From NCBI RefSeq assembly GCF_964194025.1, contig NC_134470.1, positions 21,266,001-21,330,000 of the forward strand: a stretch of 64,000 bases of DNA, read 5' to 3'. The translations under genes and the position numbers were made by a program. This DNA comes from Convolutriloba macropyga (Eukaryota). Under the pieces are notes generated by a model. The model was given only the letters and a program-made list of their open reading frames with translations, had not been told where the DNA came from and ran no database searches. Position 1 is the first letter of the stretch. Every line of letters begins with the position of its first letter. Of the stretch, positions 33,277 through 47,529 are shown piece by piece.

Positions 33277-35859
33277 ATGGATTCTTTGGACGAGAATTTT
33301 GATTTTGAAGATACTTACGAATCGGCAGTTCATCAAATCAAAACAGCTGATGAAATCAAGAAATACGTTGTGGATGAAAAGTTGACTCCAGTCGAGCGAT
33401 TTCTGCATATTCTGAACAAAGGCGAAGATGTCCAGAAGTACAGTGCTTTGAGCAATGTTGCTTCATTGATCAAGTCTTGCGATAACAAAGATAAAGAAAT
33501 TGTCCTTAAAAAGGTTTCATCCTTTGTTCTCGATTCGGGAGAAGATTTCAACGTAATGATGGCGGAACAATTTCCGATATTGTTGAAAGAAAGCTTTATT
33601 AACGAGTTACTATTTCTGCGTCTTCTTTTTCCGACAGTAATTCAAGGTTTGCATGCACGTATGTCAATTATATCACAAGCATGGAATAATTGTTTGCTTG
33701 AAGTCCTCCCATTTTTGCCCAAGGAGATTTTGAAAAAAGAAGTTTTGCCGATTGTGCGTAAGCACAGTGATTTGAGGCAAACTGTTCAGACCAGAACGTT
33801 CGCCTGTCGTTTGGTGAGTAAAATGACACATTATTACGACAACTCCCTAATAATGCAAGATTTGGTTCCCATCATCAAGCATCTATGTCAAGACATAGAG
33901 TACGAGGTGCGCTGGAATATGTGCGTGAGCCTGGTACCAATTGTTAAGTCAATTGACACTGAAACTACTGCTAATACTTTACTGCCAGAACTCATCGAGT
34001 TAACAAACGATGAGGAAAAAATTGTCAAGTTTAAAGCGCTCTCCGCTTTAGTAGACTTCGTCCCCTTTTTGGACGAGGACTGCGTATTCTCAACGGTGCT
34101 TCCTACAGTTGACAGGTACATGGAATCAACGTCCCTCAAACATGATCCCAACATCGTGGAACTTTCGCGAGTGTTTGGTGGACTTTGTTTCCAACTGGGT
34201 CATCATCTAAGTGAAGATCAAAGAAATTATTACCTTAGTTTCTACAGGAAACTATCGACCAATGGTCTAAGTGATTCGGGCTCCAACTCAGAGAAAGTGC
34301 GAAGAGATTCAGTACACTTAATGCCTGCAAATCACCAGAAACCTGAAACTGATAAGTTTGTGGAGTGTCGACAATGCGCTGCTTTCAACTTCCCAGCTCT
34401 GCTAAGCTTTTGTGGCAGCAGTGGGTTTTCACAACAGCTTGAAAGGACATTGTACAGTTTGGCCACAGATCCGGCTGTTTCGGTGCGAAAAACAACTGCC
34501 GCGGGTTTCCATGAGTTGGTTAAAATGATGGCTCCCAAAGCTGTAGTGCTTGAAAATATTTTACTCCAGTTACTCAAAGACGACAACTTGGAGGTGAAAA
34601 CAGCAATAACTAAGCATCTCAACATTGTCATAATTTACATGTACGATTCATCAATCAGTCATACTTCTGAAAAGTGCTTACAAGATAAAATTGTAGAAGC
34701 GATTATTGAAAGTTATCAAGTATTGAAAGCGAGTCATAACTGGAGAGCTACCGTCACTATTGTCAAACATTTTTGCGCGATACCGAATTGCTTCCACGAT
34801 GATATAACGTACAAAAAAGTGTACCCGTTATTATACGGAATTGTAACTTCACACAGTTCTAGACCTATTAAGGAAGCTGCATGTGAATCTCTGTCTTGGC
34901 TAGTTCGTTCAAATCGCAAGTTCGACCAACGCAGCGAAATGGTCGCATCAATTATAAACAATCTAGCTGCGAGCGATTCTTCAGCGCAACGTTTAATGTT
35001 CATCGAACTTTGTCGGTGCTTTTCAAAACACTTTTCCCGCAAGTTTTTCAAAGAAAACTTCTTTGACCACCTTATCAATTTATCAGCAGATAAAGTATTA
35101 GATGTTAGATTAGCAGTTAGCAAATATTTGCCCCAAGTTAAGTCCATGTTGAGGTTGCCTGTTGATCGGAATCTGCTTCACAAGCTGGAGTTGGCTGTTC
35201 GGAGTTTGATTAACCAAGATTACCAAAACCGGCAGTCGAGTACTCTGACGTCGACTATAAGGTACTACACGCAGCTGTGTGACCAACAGGAAACCATAGT
35301 TGAAAGTGCCATTGATCATGTCCCAAAAACTGAAGATGACGTAATCGATCATCAGAAGGAAGAAGAGGAAAAGCTGATTGAGGTGAATCATAAACAACGT
35401 CGGAGAAAAACAATTTCCAAGTGTACGGAAAACGGCACAGGTGCAGTAAAAACGACGCCAGGAACCAAAAGTTCTGATCCGTCCTCAAATGGGGGATCAA
35501 AAGCGAAAAATCTCAACATTTCTCCCACATCTCAAACTAACGGAATCTCTCTCAGTGCTAACGCCTCCCCGCTTTCACCGCCTCTCAAAAGCCCGCTCTC
35601 TGTTAAAATTGTGCAGAGCCCGGCTGGTAATAAAAGCGGGAATAATTCGCCTTCGAGGACGAATTCGATTAAGGCCAGAGGTAGCGGAACCTCTTCGCCT
35701 CTTATAATGAAGTCGCAGCATAATAGTAGCAACAATCACTTGACTCCGAATGGTTTGCACGAATTGAGACGTGCTTCAATGCCAGTTGCACTGCCTTCCG
35801 ATGGAAACATGGGATCAAAACGGACTACAGTGTCCTCTAAATCATCTGCCAAAAAATAA
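33277..35859 (+). CDS. PPP4R4: Serine/threonine-protein phosphatase 4 regulatory subunit 4 (HEAT repeats, Ser-rich tail); uninterrupted ORF, likely ATG at 33277
   Basis: LTPVERFLHILNKGEDVQK, LCQDIEYEVRWNMC, LLPELIELTNDEE, CRQCAAFNFPA, VRKTTAAGFHE, FSRKFFKENFF and DHQKEEEE match PP4R4. Confidence 0.9.
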   Translation: MDSLDENFDFEDTYESAVHQIKTADEIKKYVVDEKLTPVERFLHILNKGEDVQKYSALSNVASLIKSCDNKDKEIVLKKVSSFVLDSGEDFNVMMAEQFPILLKESFINELLFLRLLFPTVIQGLHARMSIISQAWNNCLLEVLPFLPKEILKKEVLPIVRKHSDLRQTVQTRTFACRLVSKMTHYYDNSLIMQDLVPIIKHLCQDIEYEVRWNMCVSLVPIVKSIDTETTANTLLPELIELTNDEEKIVKFKALSALVDFVPFLDEDCVFSTVLPTVDRYMESTSLKHDPNIVELSRVFGGLCFQLGHHLSEDQRNYYLSFYRKLSTNGLSDSGSNSEKVRRDSVHLMPANHQKPETDKFVECRQCAAFNFPALLSFCGSSGFSQQLERTLYSLATDPAVSVRKTTAAGFHELVKMMAPKAVVLENILLQLLKDDNLEVKTAITKHLNIVIIYMYDSSISHTSEKCLQDKIVEAIIESYQVLKASHNWRATVTIVKHFCAIPNCFHDDITYKKVYPLLYGIVTSHSSRPIKEAACESLSWLVRSNRKFDQRSEMVASIINNLAASDSSAQRLMFIELCRCFSKHFSRKFFKENFFDHLINLSADKVLDVRLAVSKYLPQVKSMLRLPVDRNLLHKLELAVRSLINQDYQNRQSSTLTSTIRYYTQLCDQQETIVESAIDHVPKTEDDVIDHQKEEEEKLIEVNHKQRRRKTISKCTENGTGAVKTTPGTKSSDPSSNGGSKAKNLNISPTSQTNGISLSANASPLSPPLKSPLSVKIVQSPAGNKSGNNSPSRTNSIKARGSGTSSPLIMKSQHNSSNNHLTPNGLHELRRASMPVALPSDGNMGSKRTTVSSKSSAKK

Positions 35860-37591
35860 AAAAAATATTAGTAGACTTAGAATTGAGTTTAAAACTACTG
35901 GTCTTAGCCTTTTTGGTGTCTCTATTGCTTTGATTAATTGTTTCGCCCATAAAGGTAGAACGCAAACGAACGTATCGAATATACTGGTCGGATTTAAGAG
36001 TATAAGTGCAGATTTAAAACATGCAGATTAATGCATCCAGAATTATTTTTTTGAATGGAGGGAACAAGTGTATGTAGCCAGTCCCACGACACTGCAAGCG
36101 TCTACTGTTAATAACTGAACTAGCTTACAAATAATGTTTCTGACTTACAGATCAAATACGAAGATTAAGTTTAGAGAATCCCTTTTTACAGTAACCGGCT
36201 TCAAAAGTGAGTGGTTTACTTAAGCATGACGGTATCGGCGGGCGCTTTTAATGAAAGTTGCAGCGCAAGCAAACGATTAAATTGAACAAAAGAAAACTGG
36301 CATGAAAACGACCAAATGGAACCTATTTGCATGTCTGAAAGTTTTCGAAAGTTCGCTTGCGTTGCAATTTTTGAGACTTACTATATAAAAGGGTATGTTG
36401 TTTCCCATTTGCATGCTTACACAATTCTGAACGATCGTTTGCTTCGTTCCTTTATGAGACATACGATATTCAAAAGAGGTCAATTTCGATCCATTCATTA
36501 GTCAATAAATTGGATATTTGCTGCTTTTATGTGGGCATTTCATCATTTAATTTTCAACTCTTAAAACGTGCTTTTTTCGCTCTGTTAGGTTTGCAATTAA
36601 TAGATGAATTAAATTCTACTATGCATTTGAATATTAAAGAGTTTTTTGATTTTCAATGATACTTTCTGGTATATTCAATAGGTTTATCTTAAACTGCTGT
36701 GATATTGTAAATATGTACATAAAATGCTATGATGTAAAGCTTTTGATTAAATTTTTGATTGATCAATTTTGTCCTTTTTGATAGTATAGTAATTAAAAGT
36801 TAAAACATTAATTGTTTTTGGAAAATCGCTGTGCAAAATTGAGTGTATCTGAATTGTTATAGCTGGTGGTAGGCTTTAATTAATCCAGTTAAATGAAAAA
36901 AAATGAAGAATAATTGGTGGACCATTTTGTGCATTATTCAATTGAACAGTAATTTATTGATTGTTCAGATGTAAAGTCAATGGTTTGTAACTATTAGACG
37001 TCATTGTAATGAATTTTTCTGTTTTAATACAGAATCAGAGCTCAAATCAAATTGAACTTGTGAAAGAAGTATTTTCTATAGTGGCCACTGACGTGTTAAA
37101 ATTGCGGCGTTGCTATTAAAATTTGAGGGTGGCAGTATTAAAACAGCGCTTTTTGTAAAATTTTGGGAAATGTTCTCAGGTTAAATGAATTAAGTTTTCT
37201 TTGGTTTCGTAAAATTCCTTTTTGGACCGATTTCGCAGATATTACCCGAGCTCTGTGTGTTAATAATTTTTAAACAGGTATTAAAAACACTATTGGTATT
37301 TTGGACAGAACGTTTTAGGTATTGTAAACAGAACTGTGATCTATTCTGTTTCGTCCCTTCAGCTTATTGGGCATATAATTTTTACGCCCTCGAGGCGCAC
37401 GTGCACTTTTTTTTATATAGTAACGTCCTACGTAACAACGCATGATAGCAACAAAAATAAACAATAATGCGGGTGTGGTTTCTTTAAAAATAAGATTATA
37501 TCAAATTTTAGATTTGACTAATTACTTAATTTTAACATCGAAAAAACTAAGAGACAAGAAATTTGAGGTTTTTTCTTTGAAACTGAGAGGG

Positions 37592-39818
37592 AACAAGGAG
37601 GCTCGGTAATGTGCGTTTGGACATAATGTTCTGACCCCGTTCCAAATAGAAAACCAAAAAATCATATTGTTCAAGAATAATTGGTGTATCCAATTAAAAA
37701 TAGCTTTAAGCTCTAACCACTATACAAATGAAACAACAAACTATTAGAGCGCCAATGATACTTGCCATTAAGGAGAGTAAGAATCAAGACAAACCATAGA
37801 ACCAAATAAAATAAAAAGTTTTACATACGACCCAAAACTGAATGACTATCCATTTTTTCATAAAAAAAACTTAAGGAAGAAAATAATAAAAAAAGAAAGC
37901 TAAACCGAATGACTTGCATTTCACCAGAGAAGATATGGAATCTGTTATTAATGAGATTATTTAACATTTAGATAGAAAACGAAAAGCGCAAAATAAGAAA
38001 ATACGTTCGCACTTTTTGAAAACAATTAAATTCAAAGTCATGAAAGCAATTCGCTATCTACTGGAATCAATCTTTTGCGTCGTGTATACCTTAATGCAAA
38101 ATATTTGGCCCTGGGGTTTTTCAGAAGGTAATTCTACTAAAAAAAGAACCAATACAAGCAAAAATCCTCCAAACGTTAATTAAATTTTGCAAGGAAACGG
38201 TATAAAGCCTAGCAGAGCAAAATCTATTCACTAAAAATATCGAATTAAGTTAATTGTACATCTTTTGAAAATTTGGAAAATGTCAAAAAACGAATAAAAA
38301 ATATGAAAACTTGTGGTATAAACGCTCAATAATCATTATCTGAAAAATAAAGCAGCAATCTTTCACCTTAAAAATTTTGCTACCTTTCTTTGCTGAGACT
38401 ACGATAGAAAGTTGCAGAATTAATATTGAAATTGGCAATTTTCAAAAGACCCAACTCTTTTGAAAACATTTTTTAAAGCATCAAGCAATAACAACCGTAC
38501 GCTTTCAACTAAAAAATAGCAATTAGTTTTTTTTGTTGCTTAGCAAGCCAATTGTACATGTCAAAAATGAGACTTAGTCAAGAGGCTACACATAAACACT
38601 GAATACAGGCAGAACTAATTTAATGCAGATAGCGTTGAAGCCAAAGACCATATGTTTTTCGATGATTTCATTAATTATGTTCATTGACGTCACTTGGTAC
38701 GTAAATTTCACCTGTCAATAATAAAAGTTTGTTTTGAAATCATTCTGGTCTGTAAATAAAGGTCTGTAATAATTAATGAACTATGAAATTCCACAACTCC
38801 ACAAAATCTGGTCCTGCCTCTGATGCTTCACAATTAAATCAATAATGTCTCAATTGTTACAAAAATAGCTCATTTGGCAAAAAGTCGTTATATCACATAT
38901 AGATGATGACTTTTGGATACTTATTGAGTTATATAATTAAAAAACCATTACGTGTCAACTGAAAATATTAGATTTTTTTGAAAGCTCCTTCGATTTCGGG
39001 TATGACCATTAATCAATTAGACTCATTTAATAATTAGAACCTACGAAAAGAACAAATGATGCCAAAACTCAAGATATAATTAAAAATGTATAAAAACAAT
39101 TTGTCGGGGGCATGAAAACCATGAGTTTTACTCATAAAACACAATATACTTATTTGACTTTATTGGAGCATTAAGGGTTCTCTTTTTAATTGAATGAAAG
39201 GGTTCTCTTTTTTAACCGGATGAAGACAATGAAAAAAATTTAAAATGGCACCCAAATTACATTCAGAATCCTTTTCATTGCAAAAATCAACGATTAGACC
39301 AACACTGGCCTTGCTATCGCTGCGCGGCTGCTAAAAAGTCATTTTTTCTTAAAATTGCGTAATAGTTTTTTTGGCAAGTGAAAATCCTTATATATCAAAA
39401 TAAACTAAACTTTTTAAGTATAAATGTCGGTTTAAATTAGCGAAGGACCACGAAAACGTTTCCAGAAATACTTTTTCAGGAACCGGAATTACTTAGCCCC
39501 TATCTGATTGAAGAAAAATTATGCCAGCATTTTTGATGTCAGCACCACCTGTGAAACTGTACAAATTGGAACAAGAAGTTAGAGCCATTCATGGAAAAAA
39601 GAAAAATTGCTCAGTTTTCAAGAATTTAGTTGAAAATTTTGCTAAAACAGGTGGTTCAAACTATTCGTCAACGATCTTCTATCTTTCTGCGCTTGGCAAA
39701 TTTTCTCATGATACCACTCAGAATCCTTTACGATGAATATATCGATCGGCAGAAAATGACTGAACAAAAAAAACAGTGGAGTACATAGCTCCTCACTACA
39801 GTGGGTCGGAACAATAAT
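37592..39818 (-). mobile_element. HINE-like family A copy (diverged interior; contains a family-B 5' end near 39300-39335)
   Basis: Left end AACAAGGAGGCTCGGTAATGTGCGTTTGGACATAATGTTCTGACCCC and right end GTGGGTCGGAACAATAAT match the ends of 51197-53820. Confidence 0.65.
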
Positions 39819-40546
39819 GAATCGTCAGTGTTTTAAATTAGTGTCTAATATTATAATCAATTTGCTTCATATTTTGTGATATTAAATAACTATATGCTTA
39901 CAAATTTTTGAATAGAAGTAACTACATACATAAGAGCGGTAAGAATAAACTTGTACCTCTTTTGCAATAGTTGCCAAGTTGGTCTCAGTTGCATCGTTGC
40001 GCTTATTTAATTTCAGCAATCACGTACGTATTCATTGTCTTGGTTTTGATTTGAGTAGATGAGATCAAGTTTGTTGAAAGAGGCTTGCTTTATGCACGTC
40101 AACTGTATCAGTTGTCGCACTTTGATTTTTGCTCAAAATTTGAATAACGTTTGCTTTCAACGCTGCAATTTTTTGTCAAAAATTGAGACAATGTAAATTC
40201 AAACATGAATGTGTTACACATTTGGTCTACAAGTTAACTGAACATTTTTTATTACTGTCCTATAATTTAAAAATGGTTCCCTATTTATAGACAAAACAGC
40301 CAAGAATTCACTCTAAGCCCATTTTTTATTTCAACACAATTTTCGTTTTTGTAGGGGAGAACAGACTGCCATTTGTGTCATAATTAAGCTATCAGCTTCC
40401 AGAAACTAAAACATATCGATTGGGATTGAAAGGACAAAAAAAATTTAAGTGCCAACTACTTTGATCGGATTTCTTATTCCTGTTTTTTTTTTCAATGAGA
40501 GGATACAGGGATTAATATCAATATCAATAAACAGTAGACCTGATGA

Positions 40547-43500
40547 ATTATTGTTCCGACCCCACTTGTGGAGGGAGGAACTATATACTCAAACGGGTTT
40601 TTTTTTGTTCAGTCAATTTTGGCCGATCGATATATTCGTCGTAGACAAATGTGAGTGGTATCATTAAAAAGCTGGTCCAGCGTAGAATTCAAAATTAAAA
40701 AGATTTTTTTGATTTTCGTTTTTTTTTCGAGGAGTTATCGAGGATTGAAGTTTTGCGTGAACACGGGATATTTGTTCTTTTAGTGTAATTTTTCTGAAAA
40801 TTAAAATATTTTCTATAAAAATAGTATTTCAAAATTAAATTTTACGCCAAAAAATGAATCAATTTTGTGTTCCTAATAGACTAAAGGCGATAAAAAGTAC
40901 TAGTTCTGGTCTCATAGGGAAGTTCACTATCAAAAAAAAAATTCGAATTCTATTTGAGAGCTCTTTTTTAATAAATTTTTTCTCCTTTTTTGCTTTTTTT
41001 AAGTCACCTAGAAACAAGTCACTTTTTATATCGAGGTTCTATCAATGAAAAACCTCCTTCACATTCAGATGAAGCCGAATGAACAAAAAACAGCGTTTTC
41101 AAGGAATTGCGGATGTTTTTTTTTGGCTTAGAACTCTGAGTTTTCGTAATTTTAAATGAAATTTTTAATTTCTTTTTGAGGTTTTACTAATTTATTGGAG
41201 TCCTATGGCATGGATTCATTGGCTAACAGAGCAAAATTTTTCATAATGAGCATTAAGTGAACATATCTAGTGCTTTGAGGGGACAGCTAATGGCTGTTAA
41301 GACTTAAAAAACAATTTTTCGAATTTTTTTTGAACATTAAAGAATCATAAACTTTTTATCGTTAACTGTAAGTCAGTACAGGGCGACAAATCCGCCTCCT
41401 TTCTACTGCAACCAAATTTAATCTGGTTAGCGGTTTTGTATTCTAACTATTGGTTATATTACTTTAATAACACAAGATTTCAAATAATTAAAAAAAATTG
41501 GATATTTTCGTATTATTGGTTACTTTTGAAATCTTATCACATTCAAATATTGATATCCCCAATTGGCTTACAGAAGAGGTTCAGCGGATCACAGATAAAA
41601 ATTTCATAGAAAAATCTGTGGTTTAAATGGCTTCGACACGTTCTTCTCGCACTTTTCTTTTGAATTTTTGGTTTTTGCCTGTTTTTGTTGTTGTTTTAAT
41701 AGTCATAAGACTTATTGTGATATCTTTTCATTACCTATGCATGACCAACTTAATTGTACTCCCAGGGGGCATCTTTGAGTTTATTTAATGACTTCCGTTG
41801 AAAGCTATTGAAATTATTGGCTGTTAAGAATTTAAAAATAGGTTTTCTGAACACTAACAAACCTTAAAATTTTATGTGAACTGTTAGTCAGTGTCAGTAT
41901 TGACAGCACCCACTTGCTTTCTATTGCAACTAAAATTAATCTGTTTAGCGGTTTTATCTTCTAACTATTGATTATATGACTTCAATGACACAAGATTTCA
42001 ATTCTTTTTTTTAATTTTTTTGGATATTTTTGTATTATTGGTTACTTTTGAACTCTTATCACCTTATCCAAACATTTTACACATTATCAAAAATTAATTA
42101 TAGCCCCATTGGCTTTGAGAGGACGTTCAGTGGATAAAAGATAAATCTTCAAGGAAAAGCTAATGGTTTAATTGGCTGCGACACTTTCTTCTCGCACTTT
42201 TCTACTGAATTTTTGTTTTCGCCTGTTTTTGTTATTGTTTTCACAGTCATAAGATTTATTGTGATGTCTAGTTTTTTATCTATGCATGACAAAGAACCTT
42301 TGTCCCCCATCGGGTTATATCTGAGCGTAGTTATTGAGCTCCGTTGAAAGATTTTGAGTTTAAAGGCTGTTAAGAGTTTAAAAATAATTTTTCGGAATTC
42401 TTTTTTGAACATTAACCAATCCTAAATTTTTTTTCGTAAAGTCTTGGTCAATGTCAGTACTAAAAGAGTCCCTTTTCGTTCTACTGCAGCCAAATTTAAT
42501 CTGGTTAGCGGTTCTATCTTCTACTTATTAGTTTTAAAACTTCAATGCCACGAGATTTCTTATTTTTTTAACTTTCGGGTACTTTATTTTATATTTGGAT
42601 CCTCTTGAAATCTTATCACATCATCCTACTGATGCTAGTCCCTATTGGTTTAGGGAAGAAGTTAAGCGGATCATAGATAGAGTTTTCAGAGAAGAGCTTA
42701 CGATTTGAATTGCTTCGACATTTTATTCTGGCACTTTGCTACTGAATTTTTGGTTTTTGCCTGTCTCTGTTGTTGTTTTCATAGTGAAAAATTTGTTGTA
42801 AGGTCTTATTTATGAATTATGATTTGCAGACAAACTTGTTGTCCCATCGAGGCATTATTTAGCGTATTTACTGGCTTCCGTTGAAAGCTAACGAATTTAA
42901 TGGCGTTGATAATACGTGCTTTCTCGAAAATTTCGTGGTTCTAATGTATTTGTTCATATTTGTTGATTTTTTGAAATTATATTGATAAAAAGGAGAAATC
43001 ACATTGCTCTTAAAATTATTGGAAAATAGAAGGGTTTTTAGTGGCAAGTTCATTTTTTTAATGCCTTCGACACATTTCTCGCTCAATTTTTTCTTGAATT
43101 TGCTGTTTTTGTTCTTTAGGTAGCCGTAAATTGATGACAGGTCTCCTAGGCTTGTAATTGTGGATTGAATGATTGCTGTTACCTAAATCAGTCATTTTAT
43201 AGCGAATAGTCTTTAAAGTTTATTATGAACATATTGAAATATTTTTTGTTATTTTAACTTATTTTCATCAATGAGAGGTCCCATCAAATTTCTTGTATTT
43301 CAAGAAATAACATACCTATTGATATTATTTTTTACTAATATTTTGTTTGTTGGAGAAAATGCGTTTTTCTGAACGTTTATAGAGTGTCCAATTTTTGTGT
43401 TTTTTTCTCTTCTTTCAGAACAATCGCGTAATAACAGATCCCAATGGTTTTCAAATGTGGCCCAAGTAAACTTATTTCATTTCTCAATTCAAATCCTTCA

Positions 43501-44172
43501 GCTGAATTAGAAATTACAATGGAAATAAAAATGCGTAATATTCCTCTGATAGCTAATGACTTTAATGGTAGCAATAGTTTTTGTTTTGATTTTCTTTTGT
43601 TTTCGTTTCTATGGCTTAGTCTAACCAAAGACAGGTCCTTTTGGTTTTGTAATAACTTTTTAGTAATTTATCAAGGATTTTTAGTTAAAAGCTAATGATT
43701 TTTAAGATTTTTGAAATTTCTTGGTGTAAAAAATGTTGATTAATTTATAAGTTTTGTCTCACTGTTCGTTCTTTTTGTCGGCTTGTTACCTAGTCTCATT
43801 AATAAAACTCTATCTGCTGAATAGTTAGGAAAAAGTAAACTTTTGTAGTTAAGGCTTTATCTGACTGCTTTTTGACTTTGTTGCTAGGCGCTTTTAAACT
43901 TAGATATTGAGTTTTTGCCGTGAAGTTTTTGTTTGTGCTAATTTTGTCGTTTGTTTTTTTGTCTCTTAGTCTCTTTGATGTCAGATCACGTTGGCACTGT
44001 AATGAGTCATGGCATTATGTAATTCAATTAGTAGATAGGTTGTGTAACGATTGTTTTAAACTCAAACATCTATTTTTGTTATCTCTTCATTTGCTTGACA
44101 ATTTAGTCAAAAATGTAGATGGGCTCGGGTCGGAATATCATGTGTGAACTCACATTAACGAGCCGCCTTGTT
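40547..44172 (+). mobile_element. HINE-like family A copy (left arm of large inverted repeat)
   Basis: 5' subTIR TGTTCCGACCC (40552-40562) plus CCCAC-TT-GTGG hairpin. 3' subTIR GGGTCGGAATA (44127-44137), hairpin ATGTGTGAACTCACAT, end CTTGTT. Confidence 0.75.
41292..42905 (+). repeat. Three diverged ~530-545 bp tandem units inside the family A element
   Basis: GGCTGTTAAGA recurs at about 41292, 41819 and 42365; TAATCTG(G/T)TTAGCGGTT recurs with the same period. Confidence 0.85.
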
Positions 44173-47100
44173 AGAAGAAAATTCAAATAGCTGCCATCTA
44201 AAACTAGGATTTATGGGTTAATGACGATTCTAATCTTGATATAGTTTTTTGACGCGTTTTATTTTAGATAGATCCTTTGCTGATTAACTGCTGATTAAAA
44301 CTGCTTTGAGCAGAAGAAGCGAAAAAGGAGACTAGCATAGAGAATGCAAAAAGTTAAACCAGCTGTGAACTAAGATAAAACGACACAGATTTTTGTGCAG
44401 TAAAAAAAACCCAAAGATTTCTGCTGAAAAACAACAACCTTTTCAGAGAACTATTAGATACTAACACCAATCAGTACTGTTTTAAAGGAAGTAATTTAAA
44501 ATTAATTAATTAAATAACTAGCCCCATAACCAACTGAAGTAAAAACATAGAAAAATTCAATTACTCATATTGTAGAAGTGCGCATAAAAATGAAAACCTT
44601 TCTGCAATCATTTTGAGATGATTAACTTGCTCACGCAACAAGAGCAAATGTTTTTTGGTTTTTGGATCAATTTAATAAAAAATTTACTGTTTTATGTTAG
44701 CAAAATTCTAGCAATTAGTGATACCTAAATTTTTGTCAGCATCTATTCAATCCTGAATGGGCATCTATGGGCATTTATTCAATCCTGATTGCATGCAATA
44801 AAATAGAACAATGGGCAAACGATTGCTGAAGTAGTCTAAAAACATCCAAATGGCTCGTAAACCTACAAATAAGATTTATTGCCAGAAAACTTCTAAACAT
44901 GATCAATACAAGCTGACAATTATTGAATTAAACCCAATAATTTCTTGTTCTCTCGAAAATAACGATGTGAACAGAAACCAAGCCTCTCTAATTTTGATTC
45001 CCTCTCAAAGCTTGTTCAACAGTCAAATTACTCCAAATTTTCACGCGTTTCCTTTCCTGCGTCAAGTTCATTCCCGTAAAATTGATTCAGGACGACAGCA
45101 GGACGAGATCCGGAAACATTTCGAATTCGTCTTAAGTCAAATAACGAAAAATATCTGGGAAAATCAGGCAAACTCAATTAAATATAATATAAAAACACAT
45201 ACAAATGAGAAACTTTTTTATGCAATCCGGACTATGAAACAAAAAATATTAGACAAGCCATAAAAATTTTCACAATTATCTCAAATTTTTAAAGAGAAAA
45301 AGGAAAAATGTGGAAAAATTAAGAAAATGTCTCAGTTTTGTGTCAAGTGTTGTTGCAAAAGAAGATCTGTGCACCAATAAAACTTCAGTCACTGCGTAAT
45401 ACTAAACGTCCTGATAGATGTTGTGCTGCTGATTTGGCCAGTAAAAAATCTTTTATAAAATATCATATAAATCTCATTCCGTTTTGTCAACACTACAAAA
45501 ACGAAATGATTTATCAAAAGCAACGGAAGAGTTTTGTTTATTGCCATGTTAAATGGGTTATATTTTGATCGTTGTTGTTCTCAGATTCAATTTTTCTTGT
45601 TGTTCATTAGATTTTGTTTCTGTTTTATCATTATTTTATCCTGCGGTCACTTAGTAACTAAAACTCTAAATTTTCGGTTGAACTTGACTGGAGCTTATAA
45701 TTTTTGAAATTGGTTTTGCTGATTCCTGAAGTGGTATATTTTCCTGTACAACTTAGCTTTTTAAAAATTTTATCTCCATATAAAAAGAATCAATGTAAAC
45801 TAGTTGTACTTATAAAGATCACGGAGTGCGGCTTAGAGCAATTATTACACAAATCCTTCAGCATGGTCGCTGACTTTTTAGGTATCCAAACACAGTCCTG
45901 AGTATTTTCCAGAGTTTTGTTTACTCTTTATTTTCTCTTTTATTAAGCTGCGAAATTTTGGAACCAGGATGAAAGAAAATGATCAGTACATAAAAATTCC
46001 TTTTCATTAATAGAGATATCCTGTTTCTATGACTAATAAGTTTAATTAAATTGTCGGCTTCAATGCATAGTTTTTTCGAAACAAAAATTTTTTTGGTCAA
46101 ATTAATTGTGATGTGTTCTGTAATTCGTTTTTTGTTTGAAGAAGATCTGTCAAGAACTGCTTTTTTTGGGTTTTTCGCTGATAACTGACTGTTTATTCTC
46201 CGGTAACTTCAGTTAGTGTTTCCTGGAAGAGCTTTTAAATTTCTCCTTGACACCTATTTTTCTGTCAGTTTGTCCCGACGGAGATGGTTTGCTTTCATTG
46301 GAGAGATTGATTTCAATGGGAAATGCAAGTGCTTTAAAAAATCTTCAATATATTTTTTGAAATTTTAAAATATTGACAGCATCATCCAGACAAATAACTT
46401 AGTATTAATTCCACGGCTTCTTTTGATTTTCGTTAAAAATATGTATTTTCTGGCTTGTAAAGGGGACATTTTAAAAATTATGAAGGATAACTGGACAAGG
46501 AAATACGAAGATTGTCTCTACAGCAAGGTGTTAATAAATTATTTTTATTTTGAATTTTTGCTAATTTGTTATCTCAGAAATTTGAAGAACTACAAAAAAC
46601 TCACTGCAATTAGTTTCTTCATCTTTCTCGGGTTCTTTCTTGCGCTCTTGAAGCTTTATGGGAAGCAGAACTATAAAGGGAGGCTAAATTTTTAGAAAAA
46701 AAATGTCAAAAAATTTTCTCTTTATCAGAAACAGTACACAAGTTAAAGCGTCAAAGACACATGATGTACAAAAAACCTTTTGAAAGCAATTTTTAATGGA
46801 ACGAGAAAACGGCAAATTCAATTTGAAATATTAATTAGTTTTTTGTGGGCGCCGCTTGATTCTTGGCCACACTAACTGTACATGAAAAAATGACCTCAAA
46901 GATCATTTAGGTTTCAATGGAAACAGCGGAAGACACTACTAAAAATCAGGACTTTACAAGTCTTTTGGAATCACGAAGACAAAGATTATAACTCCTAAAA
47001 AATAAAATGTTCTAGTTTTCTTATAAAATTTCCTGACATTTTACGCCTAGACTAAACCCATGTCCTTCAATTAACCAAAGATTTGAGTTGACTGAAAATT

Positions 47101-47529
47101 TAAAGATTCGATGGCATCAAGGATACTTGAGACTATACCAACAGAAAACATAATTTCTGGAAAAAGTGGATTGTATTGAGTGGTCTCTATATTGGGAGTG
47201 ACTTTCAAATCATTTCGGTCTTGAGTTGACCTTCAGGTGCTTTTGGACTTCATGAAAAATTCAAAAATATAGCGAACATTAATTTGCTTGTTAACTTCTC
47301 AATATGTTGGGTGGAATTATTGATTTTTAGACTTGGTTCCAAAAAGTTTTTTTTTCTAAACCAGAACAACAGAATACGCAATCACTTGAGGAAAGCAGAA
47401 AAAATTTTTTTCAATATTTTCTTTAGTCGATTTTCCTGAAACTTAAAATATTAATAATGATTGTACTCCTCTGTTTGCCTCAACATGATTATCAGTTCCA
47501 TATAAGAGAAATTATAAAGGACTATTTAA

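Noticed and set aside
44200-47500. Coding cargo (transposase or Rep-helicase) between the inverted arms
   Set aside because: No HUH, helicase or DDE motifs were recognisable in the short ORFs such as 44850-45263.
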